Part shown: positions 38,073-49,906 of the stretch, one piece after another
Layout: each line of letters starts with the position of its first letter
How positions within the stretch are numbered: position 1 is the first letter of the stretch
NCBI RefSeq assembly: GCF_006345805.1
Contig: NC_042998.1
Span: forward strand, 36,332,001 to 36,396,000
Direction: 5' to 3'
Source: Octopus sinensis
Taxonomy: Eukaryota
DNA length: 64,000 nucleotides
Position numbers and translations under genes: made by a program
The notes under the pieces: model-generated
Seen by the model: the letters and a program-made list of their open reading frames with translations, nothing else
Databases searched by the model: none
Told to the model about the DNA's origin: nothing

Positions 38073-38116
<44 letters not shown>

Positions 38117-38415
38117 AAAATAAGATTAAGAATAACAATAATCATAATAATGATACGTCACACGTATTGAGGAAGGCATTATCGCCGTGAATTTTAATTT
38201 TTTCGTCCTCTATTTTATTTGTTTACTTTTCTGGGTTTTTTATTTTTATTTTTCCTTTTTCTCTCTGTCTTTCTTCCCCTTTTTCTCTATCACATTACTC
38301 TGTAAATGAACAATCTGGTGTGTTTGTTTCAATGGCTTACCAATGTATGCACTACGTTTCTCTGTCCTGGGTATCAGGGAGACACTCAGCAAGAAATAGA
38401 AACAGAATTGAAAGA

Positions 38416-38822
38416 AGGAGTGGCTGTGTGGTAAGTAGCTTGCTAACCAACCACATGGTTCCGGGTTCAGTCCCACTGCGTGGCACCTTGGGCAAGTGTC
38501 TTCTGCCCTAGCCCCGGGCCGACCAATACCTTGTGAGTGGATTTGGTAGACGGAAACTGAAAGAAGCCTGTCGTATATATTATATATACATAATGTATGT
38601 TGTGTGTGTGTTTGTGTGTCTGTGTTGTCCCCCTAGCATGCTTGACAACCGATGCTGGTGTGTTTACGTCCCCGTCACTTAGCGGTTCGGCAAAAGAGAC
38701 CGATAGAATAAGTACTGGGCTTACAAAAGAATAAGTCCCCGGGTCGATTTGCTCGACTAAAGGCGGTGCTCCAGCATGGCTGCAGTCAAATGACTGAAAC
38801 AAGTAAAGGAGTAAAGAGTAAG
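38416..38822 (+). mobile_element. CORE-type SINE, full length, young
   Basis: Near-identical to the reverse complement of 576-978. Confidence 0.92.
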
Positions 38823-39095
38823 ATGTTGATGAACAAAATTATAATAATAATTATTATTTTTAAATTTGGTAGAAGGCTGGCAATTTGAAGGAGGGGAAAG
38901 AAGTTTGCATGACCGTCAGTAATGACTGGTATTTTATTATTTTATTTATCGACTCTGAAAGGATAAAGGATAAAGGTGACTTCGGCGGGATTTGTGCTCA
39001 GAATCTAAAGAGCCAGAAGAAATGTCGCTCAGCATTTTGCTCGACGCGCTCGCGATTGTTCGAGCTCACCACTTTAACAATATGTAATGTTCAAA

Positions 39096-39310
39096 GGCGG
39101 CGAGCTTGCAGAAACGTAACCACGCCGGGCGAAATGCTTTGCGGTATTTCGTCTGTCTTTACGTTCTAAGTCCAATTTCCGCCGAGGTCGACTTTGCCTT
39201 TCATCCTTTTGGGATCGATGAATTAAGTACCAGTTGCGTACTAGGGTCGATCTAATCGTCTGATCCCCTCCCTCCAAATTTGAGGCCTTGTGCCTAGGGT
39301 AAAAAGAATA
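39096..39310 (+). mobile_element. Meta-type SINE; an older antisense copy lies at ~38860-39070
   Basis: GGCGGCGAGCTTGCAGAAACG...GCCGAGGTCGACTTTGCCTTTCATCC. Confidence 0.85.
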
Positions 39311-41704
39311 TAAAACGTTCATATATATATATATATATACATACATACATACATACATACATACATACATACATACATACATAATATATATATATATATA
39401 TATATAGATTATATATGTATGTATGTATGTATGTATATATATATATATGAACGTTATATATATATATATATTATATATATATATATATAAATATATATAT
39501 ATGTATGTATGTATGTATGTGTGCGTGTGTATGTATGTATGTGTGCGTGATTGTGTGTGGCTTGTATGTAAATGATAATGGTCTTAAACTGAAGAAAAAA
39601 CATTTACTTTCATTTTTAGTGAGTTTACAGCATATTACGTTACATAGAAGATTTACTCTGTATACCATGGCAATGCCATGACCTCTAGATATAGAGAAGT
39701 TTCGTTTTACCATAATGTCTAACCTGAACAGACACGAAAATACACGCACACGCACACACATACACATAGACTTATACACACACATACTCACACACATTTA
39801 TATGCGAATCTATATCTGTATATCTTACTCAATGTGGATGCATTGTTAGAATACATCGACGTTAAGTGGGATATACAGACATTATTCAGTAGAGATACTG
39901 CCTTCGTTACTAATATTTATTTGCAGACTCACACACAGACACAGACACACACACATACTTACACACACACATACAAACACACATATACTTATACATCCTG
40001 AATCAAAGTTATTATATTCAAGACAACTATACAATAACGACGGAACGACGGTATATTTAGTAACAGAGGGATCAATACTAACCTGAGTTCAAATTATTAT
40101 ACAAAAAACTAAAAGCTTATTGAACCAGCGAATCAAGCTTCGATTTCTGGTGTTTCTAAAGGAAACAAGAAAAAAAGCCTCATAGAAAATTGTTGCTTGG
40201 GTAGTGTTTTGTGTTCGTTGCAAATGATCTCCGATCAATGATGTTTTATTGGTAGTAGAAATTTTACGAAATATTTCATAAATGAAATCGAAGTATGTTA
40301 CTATTCCACCAAGTATAAAGGTTTATATATTCATATATGTGTGTATTTATATATATATATATATATATATAATATACAGTGGTGTATATACACATTATAT
40401 ATATATACACATTAATGCGAAACAAGGTGGAAAAATAGTGATCTTATACATATATATATATATATACATACACGTAAATATATATATATATATATATATA
40501 CATATATATGTTTTTATTACTTTTCTATGATGCTCTACCCTAAATATTCCTTTAGCCGATACCAGACATCAATCTTTTATTGATATTAGCTAAATAAGTA
40601 AATATATATTTTTTAGTCTGATATATTTTGAATTATTTTACTTTTTCTAAAAATCTTCTCTATTGGTGTTAATAAGCTACATATACTTTATCATAATATT
40701 AGTAATTATGCCATTTTATTTCCTTTTGTATAGTGTTTTGCCCTACTCGATTATTTTATTTCTTCATTATTTTATAATTAGCCTTTATTTATTTATTTAT
40801 AAAATTAATCTAATTTTTGTATCTCTATAAATTCATACTTAGCTTATATAAAACAATACTGGTATATTCACTACTTATAAAAAAATACTGCTTAGATTAT
40901 AATTTTATTAATATATAATTAGCATGTTCCTTTACCTCAATACTCGTATATACCAATTAATCAATATTGACAGATATCATCTGATGAGTTTAAGTGTACA
41001 ATATGTATAAATATTAAACTATTTCTGGATAATTACTTTTCCTCCCTCTACTGTGGTAAAAGTTTGGTATATACTCAACAGTATTCATAAATTTCTGTCC
41101 TTTGTTATAATATGTTTAATAATCCTTTGAATAACCCTAAAGTTTAACTGTATACAACGTAGCAACATTGTTTAAATTATTTAACTATAGTACTACATGA
41201 TAAGACTCCCCCCTGTTGCATCATCAATGGTCTGCTAGTGGGCGACCCCCTTAATTGTCAGCTAACATCTTGTTTTAAGTTTTCCTTTACCAAACCTCAT
41301 GATATTGCTTCTAACAAATCTTGATTTTTATGACTATACCAACTATGATATCTGTCTGGTCCCTCAGCCGTACGTCTAGGGATACCTCCCTCTGTTCTCT
41401 CAGCCTTAGATATACAAGGAATTTGATAAACTAGTCTATAAATTAAAACTGATCCCATAAAAACAACAAAAAAATCAGTGACTGGCAGAGTCTGTAACAA
41501 TGTATACCTTCTTGAAAAATTCAGTAACTTCTAAACTGGAGTTGAGACAGCATTTTCTTTGTCTATCTCCTTAATTTATTGGATACTTTAGGTATAATTA
41601 CACTAATATGTCCATCTGTTCTAATTTAATTAAATTCTATGCCTTTGTGCAGCTGAAGATTGCTCTGCATTACCTCTGGATATCCTTGTTGCTTATTTTG
41701 ATAC

Positions 41705-41762
<58 letters not shown>

Positions 41763-42951
41763 CCAAGAAAAAAGCAACAATAATGGATCGGTAGATTAGT
41801 ACAATTGTTCCATACTATAAACATTTTATTTCAAGCTGCAAATATTACAGCAAATATAATGTCAAGTATTCATCAGCTAAATCACATATAGGTTTTCCAA
41901 ATATCTTAGAGAGTGTAAATATCCTTATGAAGTTATAGGAGTGAGTTCCATGAATCTGAAGTAAGATTCTAAGCAGACTATATATGTTTTCCAACAATAC
42001 AAAGTTTTTAAAATGATTATTAACATCCTAAAGATATGGGTATAAGTTCCAAGAGGCATGAGGAAAGATGCTGGTCATACCACGGTTAAGTTCGCATCTA
42101 ACTGTTGCAGACAAAATTCTATAGTAGCAAGAAAGACAGCGGGGTAGGTTTAACTAAAGCAAAGAACATCAGGAGAAAAGAAATGAGGATGTAAGAAGGA
42201 GTAAAGATACCACAGACAAAGGTCAGTCTATATCTGTGGTGACAGAAAATCTAGGTCAGTGTAGAAGGAATCTTAAATTCATAAAAGAACTGTAAGTTTG
42301 ACCAACACTAGCTTTGAACTGAGAAACTCATAGAATTAATGGTGGGATTGAGAATACAGGAAGATTAAAGGAAAGCACTAAAGGGGTCATAAGTTATCGG
42401 TAGAGGGAGATACAGTAAGAAAATTAAGGTTAACACTAGAATAGAAGGTTATTTATTTATTATTGTTTCTATTTTAACTTATGTTTATATATGGTAAGAA
42501 GGAATTTAGGTCAACATCTAGAGGTCAAATAAATTCAATAGCAAATGGTAGGGGAATCTTACTTGTTCAAAATTCATATCACTAAGGGAATAGTATTACA
42601 TGTTAAATTTAGAATAGAATTAGGAAAGATTAGCAGTTTATATGATTTAAGTAAGGTTAATTAAATTGACTATAAAGTCAATTAAAAATTAGCATAGTAC
42701 AAATACTATTTATTTATTTATTTTAAAAGATGCAGTTAGAAAGAACAACAGTAGGAGAACTTGCAAATTTCTATTTGAAATATTTTAGAGTTTTGATTTT
42801 TGAATGAATGCAAGACGGACCCAAATATATACGGTTATTTAGTAGATTTTTATTTCTTCTATGCTTTAGAAGAAATATGTCTCCATGGAACAGAGTTGAC
42901 AACCCACCCTATTATTTCTATAAGGTACTGCCTTTCTAACTATTTCCCATT

Positions 42952-43845
42952 TTAGGTTATATTTAATATTATTAGTTTTGAGTTCCCAAATTTTACTGGA
43001 AAGTGTTGTGCAACCAGTTTATGATCTAGCCGAAAAGATGAGATATGGTTATTAATTCTCTGTTTAAAATTTATAGTACAACCCAGGTAAAAAGATTTAC
43101 TATTCGAAGTTGTTACAGTACATTTATAGATTACATTATGGGCCGAACACCGACCAGATGCCGGACATTTTGACTTAATCCTACAATTGCAACTAGGGGG
43201 GTAATTTTCAGATTTAGAATTATTTAAGGACAGATCTCTCACATTGCTGCTATTCAAGTTATTACGAGTATTATTTTCGTTATTATAGGTAATATTGTTA
43301 TCTGAAGTTAAGTTACTATTTATCGATCTGTTTACACTATCATTTAGATCTACCATAACCATATCACAATTAACTACATTATTGGTATTGCTATTATTAT
43401 TGTTTGTATTTATATCCGAATACTTATTACTGCAATAGATATAATTGTTATCCTCATTCTCGAAATTATTTTTATTTGTATTATTCATATTATTATCATT
43501 ATTATTATTTCTATTAATATTATTTATATTATTGCTGTTGATGCTGCTCTCTTTTTGATAATAATAATAATTATTATTATTTTTATTTTTATTTATGATT
43601 CTATTATTACAATTATTATTGGTATTCATGTTGATATTAGTCTTATTACTCCTAGCTGACTTAAAGTTTTTATTATTAATTCTAGCTATTATAGTGGACA
43701 TATTTGGGAGGGTTGAGTAAGAAATCCTAACCGTTCTCTTAGAAATTATTCTATGATATTTATGAGAGGTTGGAAAGTTTTTTTTCTTGTATAGATTTGA
43801 ATTTGTCGTATATATCCGATAAAATCGTTCAGTTGAAAGGAACAT
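42952..43845 (-). CDS. PLE C-terminal part: Asn-rich linker plus GIY-YIG endonuclease
   Basis: ISYSTLPNM, ~147-aa Asn-rich tract, CNCRIKSKCPASGRC, NVIYKC...FYLGCT-NFKQRINNH. Confidence 0.8.
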   Translation of the reverse strand: MFLSTERFYRIYTTNSNLYKKKNFPTSHKYHRIISKRTVRISYSTLPNMSTIIARINNKNFKSARSNKTNINMNTNNNCNNRIINKNKNNNNYYYYQKESSINSNNINNINRNNNNDNNMNNTNKNNFENEDNNYIYCSNKYSDINTNNNNSNTNNVVNCDMVMVDLNDSVNRSINSNLTSDNNITYNNENNTRNNLNSSNVRDLSLNNSKSENYPPSCNCRIKSKCPASGRCSAHNVIYKCTVTTSNSKSFYLGCTINFKQRINNHISSFRLDHKLVAQHFPVKFGNSKLIILNIT

Positions 43846-44929
43846 TTAACCAGATGATATTTTCTTTATTATATTTTCTTAAATTAGATTTAGGGTTAGA
43901 TGAATTATTATTGCCCCCACGAGAGTTATTATTCGTATTACTTTTATTTGTATGTTTTTTAGATTTATCTAGATTAGTTTTATCAGAGTTACTTATGTTC
44001 TGGTCAATATTTTTATTCTTATGATTTGGTTTGCACACTGGATTCTTCGTCACCATAAATCTATTTTTATATCGGGCACGATCTATATTCTTGTTTACGT
44101 AGTTAATGTTCTCTTCATTTTTAGGAAGATGCAAGCTCTCCTTATCAAGAAAGGTAATTTCCTGGTTATATCCCGCTTTAGATAATGCTGTATTATAATG
44201 TTTAGGGTGAGAGTTAAATATATCATTTTTAGATGACAGTTTGGAAATTCTTAGGGAAATATTTCTAAGCAAAGATTTTATTATATTAGGGGGATGATTA
44301 GATAATTTATTTACGTATCTAGTGATTTCACCTTCCTTTCTAAATGGGTAAGGTAGCTTAGAGTTAAGGTCTAAGGTAATATCCAGGAAATTGACTATCT
44401 TAGTGCCAGGTTCATAAGTTATGCTAAGGTTAAAATCTTTAAAGAACTTATTAATTTTCTTTCTAATCCGTTCAATGCTAGATTTACTATTGCTAGGAAT
44501 AACAAACAGAGCATCATCCCTATATAGGCCACCTTGTAATTCAGGGATTTCTCTTTTTATGCACTTTAATAGATATGCACCTACTAAATCAGTTATCTCA
44601 GCCGAATCGCTAGAACCCATGGGTATTTCAAAATTATTAGGGGTATCTGCTCTAGTCCATAATTTACCTTCAAATTCTATAATAGTTTTTCTAGCTAGTA
44701 GTACTATATCAATTTCTTCTTTAGATATGAGGAAGCGATTCATGGCAAAAATAAGCGATTTATTTAGCAGAATGGGGGAAATACTAGAATAATAATTATT
44801 AATATCAAACTGAATAAAAGAGAAACTACTAGTGTTAACAAGAGAATTAAACCATTCTAATACTTCATCAGTATTTAGCCATAGACTTAAGGGAAGGATC
44901 GGGGTTATTTGGGGTAGAACATTATCCAA
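43829..44929 (-). CDS. PLE reverse transcriptase (frame extends upstream to ~45040; frameshift near 43840)
   Basis: ORF-track protein with PLE RT motifs including YRDD. Confidence 0.85.
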   Translation of the reverse strand: MDNVLPQITPILPLSLWLNTDEVLEWFNSLVNTSSFSFIQFDINNYYSSISPILLNKSLIFAMNRFLISKEEIDIVLLARKTIIEFEGKLWTRADTPNNFEIPMGSSDSAEITDLVGAYLLKCIKREIPELQGGLYRDDALFVIPSNSKSSIERIRKKINKFFKDFNLSITYEPGTKIVNFLDITLDLNSKLPYPFRKEGEITRYVNKLSNHPPNIIKSLLRNISLRISKLSSKNDIFNSHPKHYNTALSKAGYNQEITFLDKESLHLPKNEENINYVNKNIDRARYKNRFMVTKNPVCKPNHKNKNIDQNISNSDKTNLDKSKKHTNKSNTNNNSRGGNNNSSNPKSNLRKYNKENIIWLNVPFN

Positions 44930-45200
44930 GATAGATTTACTAAGCCGGCCAATGTCCGACTTAGTTGGACATATAAGCCTTACCGAAGGGTTTTCTAGGA
45001 AATGTCTTTTGTGGTCTTTAAGGTTGATTCTAGGTTCACACGGTTTGTGTGTATGTGTGTGTGTGTGTGTATATATTTATGCATATATATGTATATACAG
45101 TGTGAGTAAGCACATAAATGAGAAACAAGATGGAAAAAGTAGTAATAGAATACCAGAGGTAGAGTTATATGCTTTCCTAAAAAGCAGCAAAAATATCACA

Positions 45201-45246
45201 AAAACTGTTACTCAGAGTTTCACGTTCCCGTTCGTCGGACAGTTTT
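45201..45246 (-). ncRNA. Compact hammerhead motif with U4C substitution
   Basis: AAAACUGU [CCGACGA] ACG-GGAA-CGU [GAAA] CUCUGAG UA | ACAGUUUU. Stem I 8 bp. A related copy at 52381-52413 keeps CUGAUGA but has lost stem II/GAAA. Confidence 0.6.
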
Positions 45247-45829
45247 GTTTAAGATGGAGCAAGATAAAGTTATATGCAGAGATAGAATTACCTTGATGTG
45301 AAAGTTGTTTTGTTTCATTGGTCCTTTCAACTAACGGTCTTTTCAATAATCGGTTGCATGAAATTAACATTGCGGCTTAAAATCATATCATTGTAAAAAT
45401 CGAAGAAAACCTGAAATCAAAAATATCTTATGTAGAAGGAAAAATGGTAGATAATTAGCTGTAAAAATGATAATAAATTAAAAGATATATCTGTTTGAAA
45501 AACCATCACGCTAAAATACACATACATTGAGAAAACATACACATACCAAACAATCTAAAACATACTTATATACATCCAACATACATCAAACATATATATA
45601 TATATGCACACACTCACACGCACGTGCATAAAACATCCTGGTGTTTGCTTATACAAATTAGATGTTACAGGCGAAAGAAAAAAGACGAGAAACATAAAAG
45701 AATAACAAGGGGGTGAGAAACAAAAACGAAAAGAAGAAAAAGAAGTAAAAGAAAAAGAAACAGAAAATTAGAGATAGAAAGGGAAAGAGAGAGTGAAATG
45801 ATTGGCGTTTCTATAAGTATATGTGTGCC

Positions 45830-45880
<51 letters not shown>

Positions 45881-46179
45881 TATATATATGCATTTGTATA
45901 TATATATGTCTGTATATGTATTAATATGAAGCCATGCACCAACGGCTATATCTTTGTGTATATACGTATATTATAGATGGTTTGGTATGTGTATGTATTG
46001 CTCAAATTTTTAAAGGATATATCTTAATTTATTATTATTTTCACAGCTAATTACTTAACCTCGGTATTCAGGCCCTGTTCCTCCTACATAAGGTAGAGTT
46101 TTATAATAATATGATTTTAAACGGCAATGTCAAGCAACCGGTTATCAGAAAGACAGTTAGTTGAAAGGATCAATAAAAT

Positions 46180-47445
46180 GACTGGGTGCTGAAACGACTG
46201 CTCAACCACTCAAATGTGGAAGTGATATATCTCGACTTTGCAAAGGCCTTTGATAAAGTCGATCATGGAATGATATGTCACAAACTGCGTGATCTTAGCA
46301 TAGTTGGAAAACTGGGAGAATGGCTTCATGACTTTCTGAAAGATAGAATTCAGGTGGTGGTAGCCAATAGTGAGCGGTGTTCCGCAGGGCACTGTTTTGG
46401 GACCACTACTGTTCATAATGGCCCTCTCAGACATGCCCTCAGCCACGCAAAGAGCCACGATCACAAGTTATGCAGATGATACAAAAGTTTCACAGGCAAT
46501 ACAGAACCCTGAGGACACTAAACGCCTGCAATGTGAGCTGGACAAAATATACAAGTGGGCTGAAAAGAATAGCATGCAGTTCAATGCTGAAAAGTTCAAG
46601 CTTTATGCTCTCAGCATGCAAAACTAAATGCAATAGCCAATGAATACACTGGACCCGGAGGAATTGCAATCCCAGAGGCACAATCAGTGCGTGACCTGGG
46701 TATTTACATGAGTGACGACGCAACCTTTCGCGTACATGTTGCTAAATTGGCAATGAAATGTAGACGACTGGCCGGATGGATTCTTAGAACCTTTAGAACA
46801 AGAGAACAAGAAACCATGATGGTTCTCTGGAGGACACTTGTCCTAAGCCACTTTGACTATTGCTCTCAGCTATGGTCACCATCCAGTGTCAAGCTGATCA
46901 CAGAACTTCAGGCGATCCAACGTAGCTACACGAAGAAGATAGCCTCTGTGCAGCATATAAGCTACTGGGAAAGACTCAAGAGATTAAAACTCTATTCCTT
47001 GGAGCGTAGGCGAGAAAGATATGCCATAATATACATCTGGAAGATCCCGGAAGGACTTGTCCCAAACTTTGGCATCGAGAGTTACACAAATGCCAGACCT
47101 GGGCGCCACTGCGTGGTGCCAAGGACTCCAAATTTGCCATCAAGATGTAGGACAAGATACTGTGATAGCCTGGGCTTCCGAGGCCCACAGCTCTTCAATA
47201 TCCTCCCGAAGAACCTAAGAGACCTGCATGGGGTGGATGCAGATGTCTTTAAAATGAAACTGGATCTCTTCTTGTCAGGTATCCCAGATGAACCAACTTC
47301 ACAGCAGGAGGTGCAGATGAGGGCAGCTGCATCGAACTCCCTCATGCACCAAATGGCAGTTGCTAAAAAGCATTCGTGAAGTAAAACCATGTAGCAACAC
47401 CAAATGGCGGTGCCCCAGCATGGCCACAGCTCGTGAGCTGAAATA
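46180..47445 (+). mobile_element. CR1-clade LINE 3' portion (RT plus 3' UTR)
   Basis: IYLDFAKAFDKVDH, SGVPQGTVLGPLLF, YADDTK, RDLGIYM, SHFDYCSQLWSP, LKLYSLERRRER; tail (ATCA)n. Confidence 0.93.
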
Positions 47446-47505
47446 GAATTTCTATCAATCAATCATATTATATATATTCCTCCATTTTCTTATTTTGTAT
47501 ATATA

Positions 47506-47596
<91 letters not shown>

Positions 47597-47611
47597 GTAT
47601 GTATGATGTAA

Positions 47612-47679
<68 letters not shown>

Positions 47680-48049
47680 TGCTATTGTAAATTTTGTACC
47701 ATTATTTATTTAAACACTTCCTCACATAAGTCGTAGCGAAGTCCTCTTTCAGTAACAGCTTTATGGTGGCAACTCCAATGCATTCCAGATGAGAGCTACT
47801 TTCTTTGGAATGAATGTATAGATAAATTATACAAATTTAAACCGCTATTGAACGTTATTAAAAATCACAGCCAATTCAGTATGAAATAAGGCATGAGAAA
47901 CCTCAGTTTCGTGATATCTTAATAGAAATGTCAATAACAAAATTAAAACTGACGTTTATTGTAAACCCACAGACTGGAGGTAGTACCTACTCTTTAGCTC
48001 GCGTCACCCGTAAATATAACTTTCAATTTAGCAAAAAGAATTTGCATAA

Positions 48050-48560
48050 TTGTGTCCGATAAAAAACCCCGTGATTTATGCCTCCGTGAACTGCGAAATT
48101 CACCGACGGACATTATCCAGCAAATAATAGATGGTAGTATAAAACGTATTGAGATAATTGATATCCAAACATTACGAGAAGTGAAACTAAATAAAAATAT
48201 ATATCAGTCCATAATCCTAAAAACAATTAGACATGGAACGTTATTCTTCAAAGTTCTCCAGGACTGAATACGATGAATAAAATTCTCCGCCCACAAACAA
48301 CCATTAAAAGTAAAACAAAATCCCACAAAATAACCACAGCCAGTAAAAAGAATATTGGCAGATGCAAACCAATATTCAACTACAGAGCCAAAAAGCAAAA
48401 TGTGCGCAACCAAACTGTGACACGTCCTAACGTACTGGAAGGTTCGGAATTTGATTTTAAACAAAGAAAATGTATCACATTAAAGTGTAAATTTATTCGT
48501 GCATCCCAAAACTTAATCTCGGTTGCAAGTTGTTCAGGATGTGGACAAAAGTATCTAGTA
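48050..48560 (+). mobile_element. Degenerate PLE linker/GIY-YIG start
   Basis: EGSEFDFKQ...F-RASQNLI-VASCSGCGQKY motif. Confidence 0.55.
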
Positions 48561-48595
48561 CTATTCTATATTTTTGGGATGAAGAATTATGCATA

Positions 48596-48914
48596 TTATT
48601 TACTATGGATGGATAGGTGTCCTCATTTTGTTTGCTGTTACCACAACGTTTCGGCTGATGTATTCTCTACCCTTCATCAGGTGTCCTGGTGGAATTTCAA
48701 ACCCAACCCTTTATTTGACTAATGGGGTACTCAGTTCTCATTCGTAAGGTATTCTTGTCTGGCTTATGTTATTTTTGTTGTTACCACAACATTTCGGCTG
48801 ATGTATTCTCCAGTCTTCATCAGGTGTCTAGGTGGAATTTCGAAACCAACCCTTTATTTTACTAATGGGGTACACTGTTCTAATTCCTAAGGTATGGTGT
48901 TGACGTTATATTTC
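48596..48914 (-). mobile_element. Two tandem (143-bp period) hammerhead-bearing repeat bodies
   Basis: Hammerhead motifs at 48640-48685 and 48783-48828: GACAC CUGAUGA...CAGCC GAAA (C/U)G UU GUGG. Confidence 0.75.
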
Positions 48915-48915
48915 T

Positions 48916-49185
48916 GTGGATAAGTGGATAAGAGCGCAGGCTACTAACCCTCGTATTCTAAGTTCAATCCCAGGCATGGACTTGAAAAATAATATTAACA
49001 GAAAAATGACATCAGCAACATACCTCAGGAATGAGAACAGTGTACCCTATTAGTCAAATAAAGGGTTCGTTTCGAAATTCCACTAGAACACGTGATGAAG
49101 GCTGGAGAACACATCAGCCGAAACATTGTGGTAACAGCAAACAAGATGAGGACATCTATCCGTCTATTGTAAATAAAACTAAATA
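48916..49185 (+). mobile_element. tRNA-headed SINE-like element with a hammerhead motif in its 3' half
   Basis: A box TGGATAAGTGG (48917), B box GTTCAATCC (48962); body homologous to 12796-12922 and 48596-48914; hammerhead-like motif at 49087-49132 (C3G mutated in this copy). Confidence 0.65.
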
Positions 49186-49414
49186 GGGGAGAAAAGAATG
49201 ACATTAAGACAGAAAACGAAATTATATCGAGAACAAATTCGTATCTCCAACTATAGGGAAATACTGCTCAGCGAATGCCTAGGTAGATGTCAAGATATCG
49301 CCAGCCGAACTTCAAAACAATCCTGTATATCAATGCAGTGTATGTATGTATATTTATATTTACACATACTTAGCATATGTAAATTTATACATAAATATAT
49401 AAATATACATATAA

Positions 49415-49497
<83 letters not shown>

Positions 49498-49515
49498 GCA
49501 CACACATATATATAT

Positions 49516-49710
49516 ATATATTAGAGGAAAGCGGACAAGAAGCAGGACGAGTATCTGAAGTCATTTAAAATCGTTAGAGTGAGGTGAATTTGAAGTAATT
49601 AACTAATTAATTAGTAAATTACTTCAAATTCACCTTACTCTAATGAACTATTTTAAATGGCTTGAGATACTCGTCCTGCTTTCGCCCGGTTGTCCTTTTC
49701 CGTCTAATAT
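49516..49710. repeat. Spacer-less fold-back palindrome centred at 49608/49609
   Basis: AGCAGGACGAGTATC...CTAATT|AATTAG...GATACTCGTCCTGCT, imperfect outer arms. Confidence 0.9.
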
Positions 49711-49855
49711 ACACCTGCTAACTCGGAAGCCTACCACGGATCCCTAGCTCCAGCCTCAGCTGTGAATTTGGAACCTAACAGATGACCAATTATAGCACTT
49801 ACACGGCGTACCTATTCGTTTAGATCACCAGTGAACTAAACCCCACATATTCTTT

Positions 49856-49906
<51 letters not shown>

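Larger units (their letters stand above)
42770..45040 (-). mobile_element. Penelope-like element, 5'-truncated, RT plus Cys-rich linker plus GIY-YIG endonuclease
   Basis: LKDHK...VRLICPTKSDIGRLSK, FDINNYY, PMGS, LYRDDAL, NFLDITLDL, SNHPP; CNC-CP-G-C linker; VIY...YLG...R...H. AT-rich 3' flank may extend to ~40600. Confidence 0.92.

Noticed and set aside
40969-41030. CTGATGA followed by a GTTTAA/TTAAAC stem; 12-nt inverted match at ~41345
   Set aside because: No GAAA or cleavage triplet in register, so at most a broken hammerhead.
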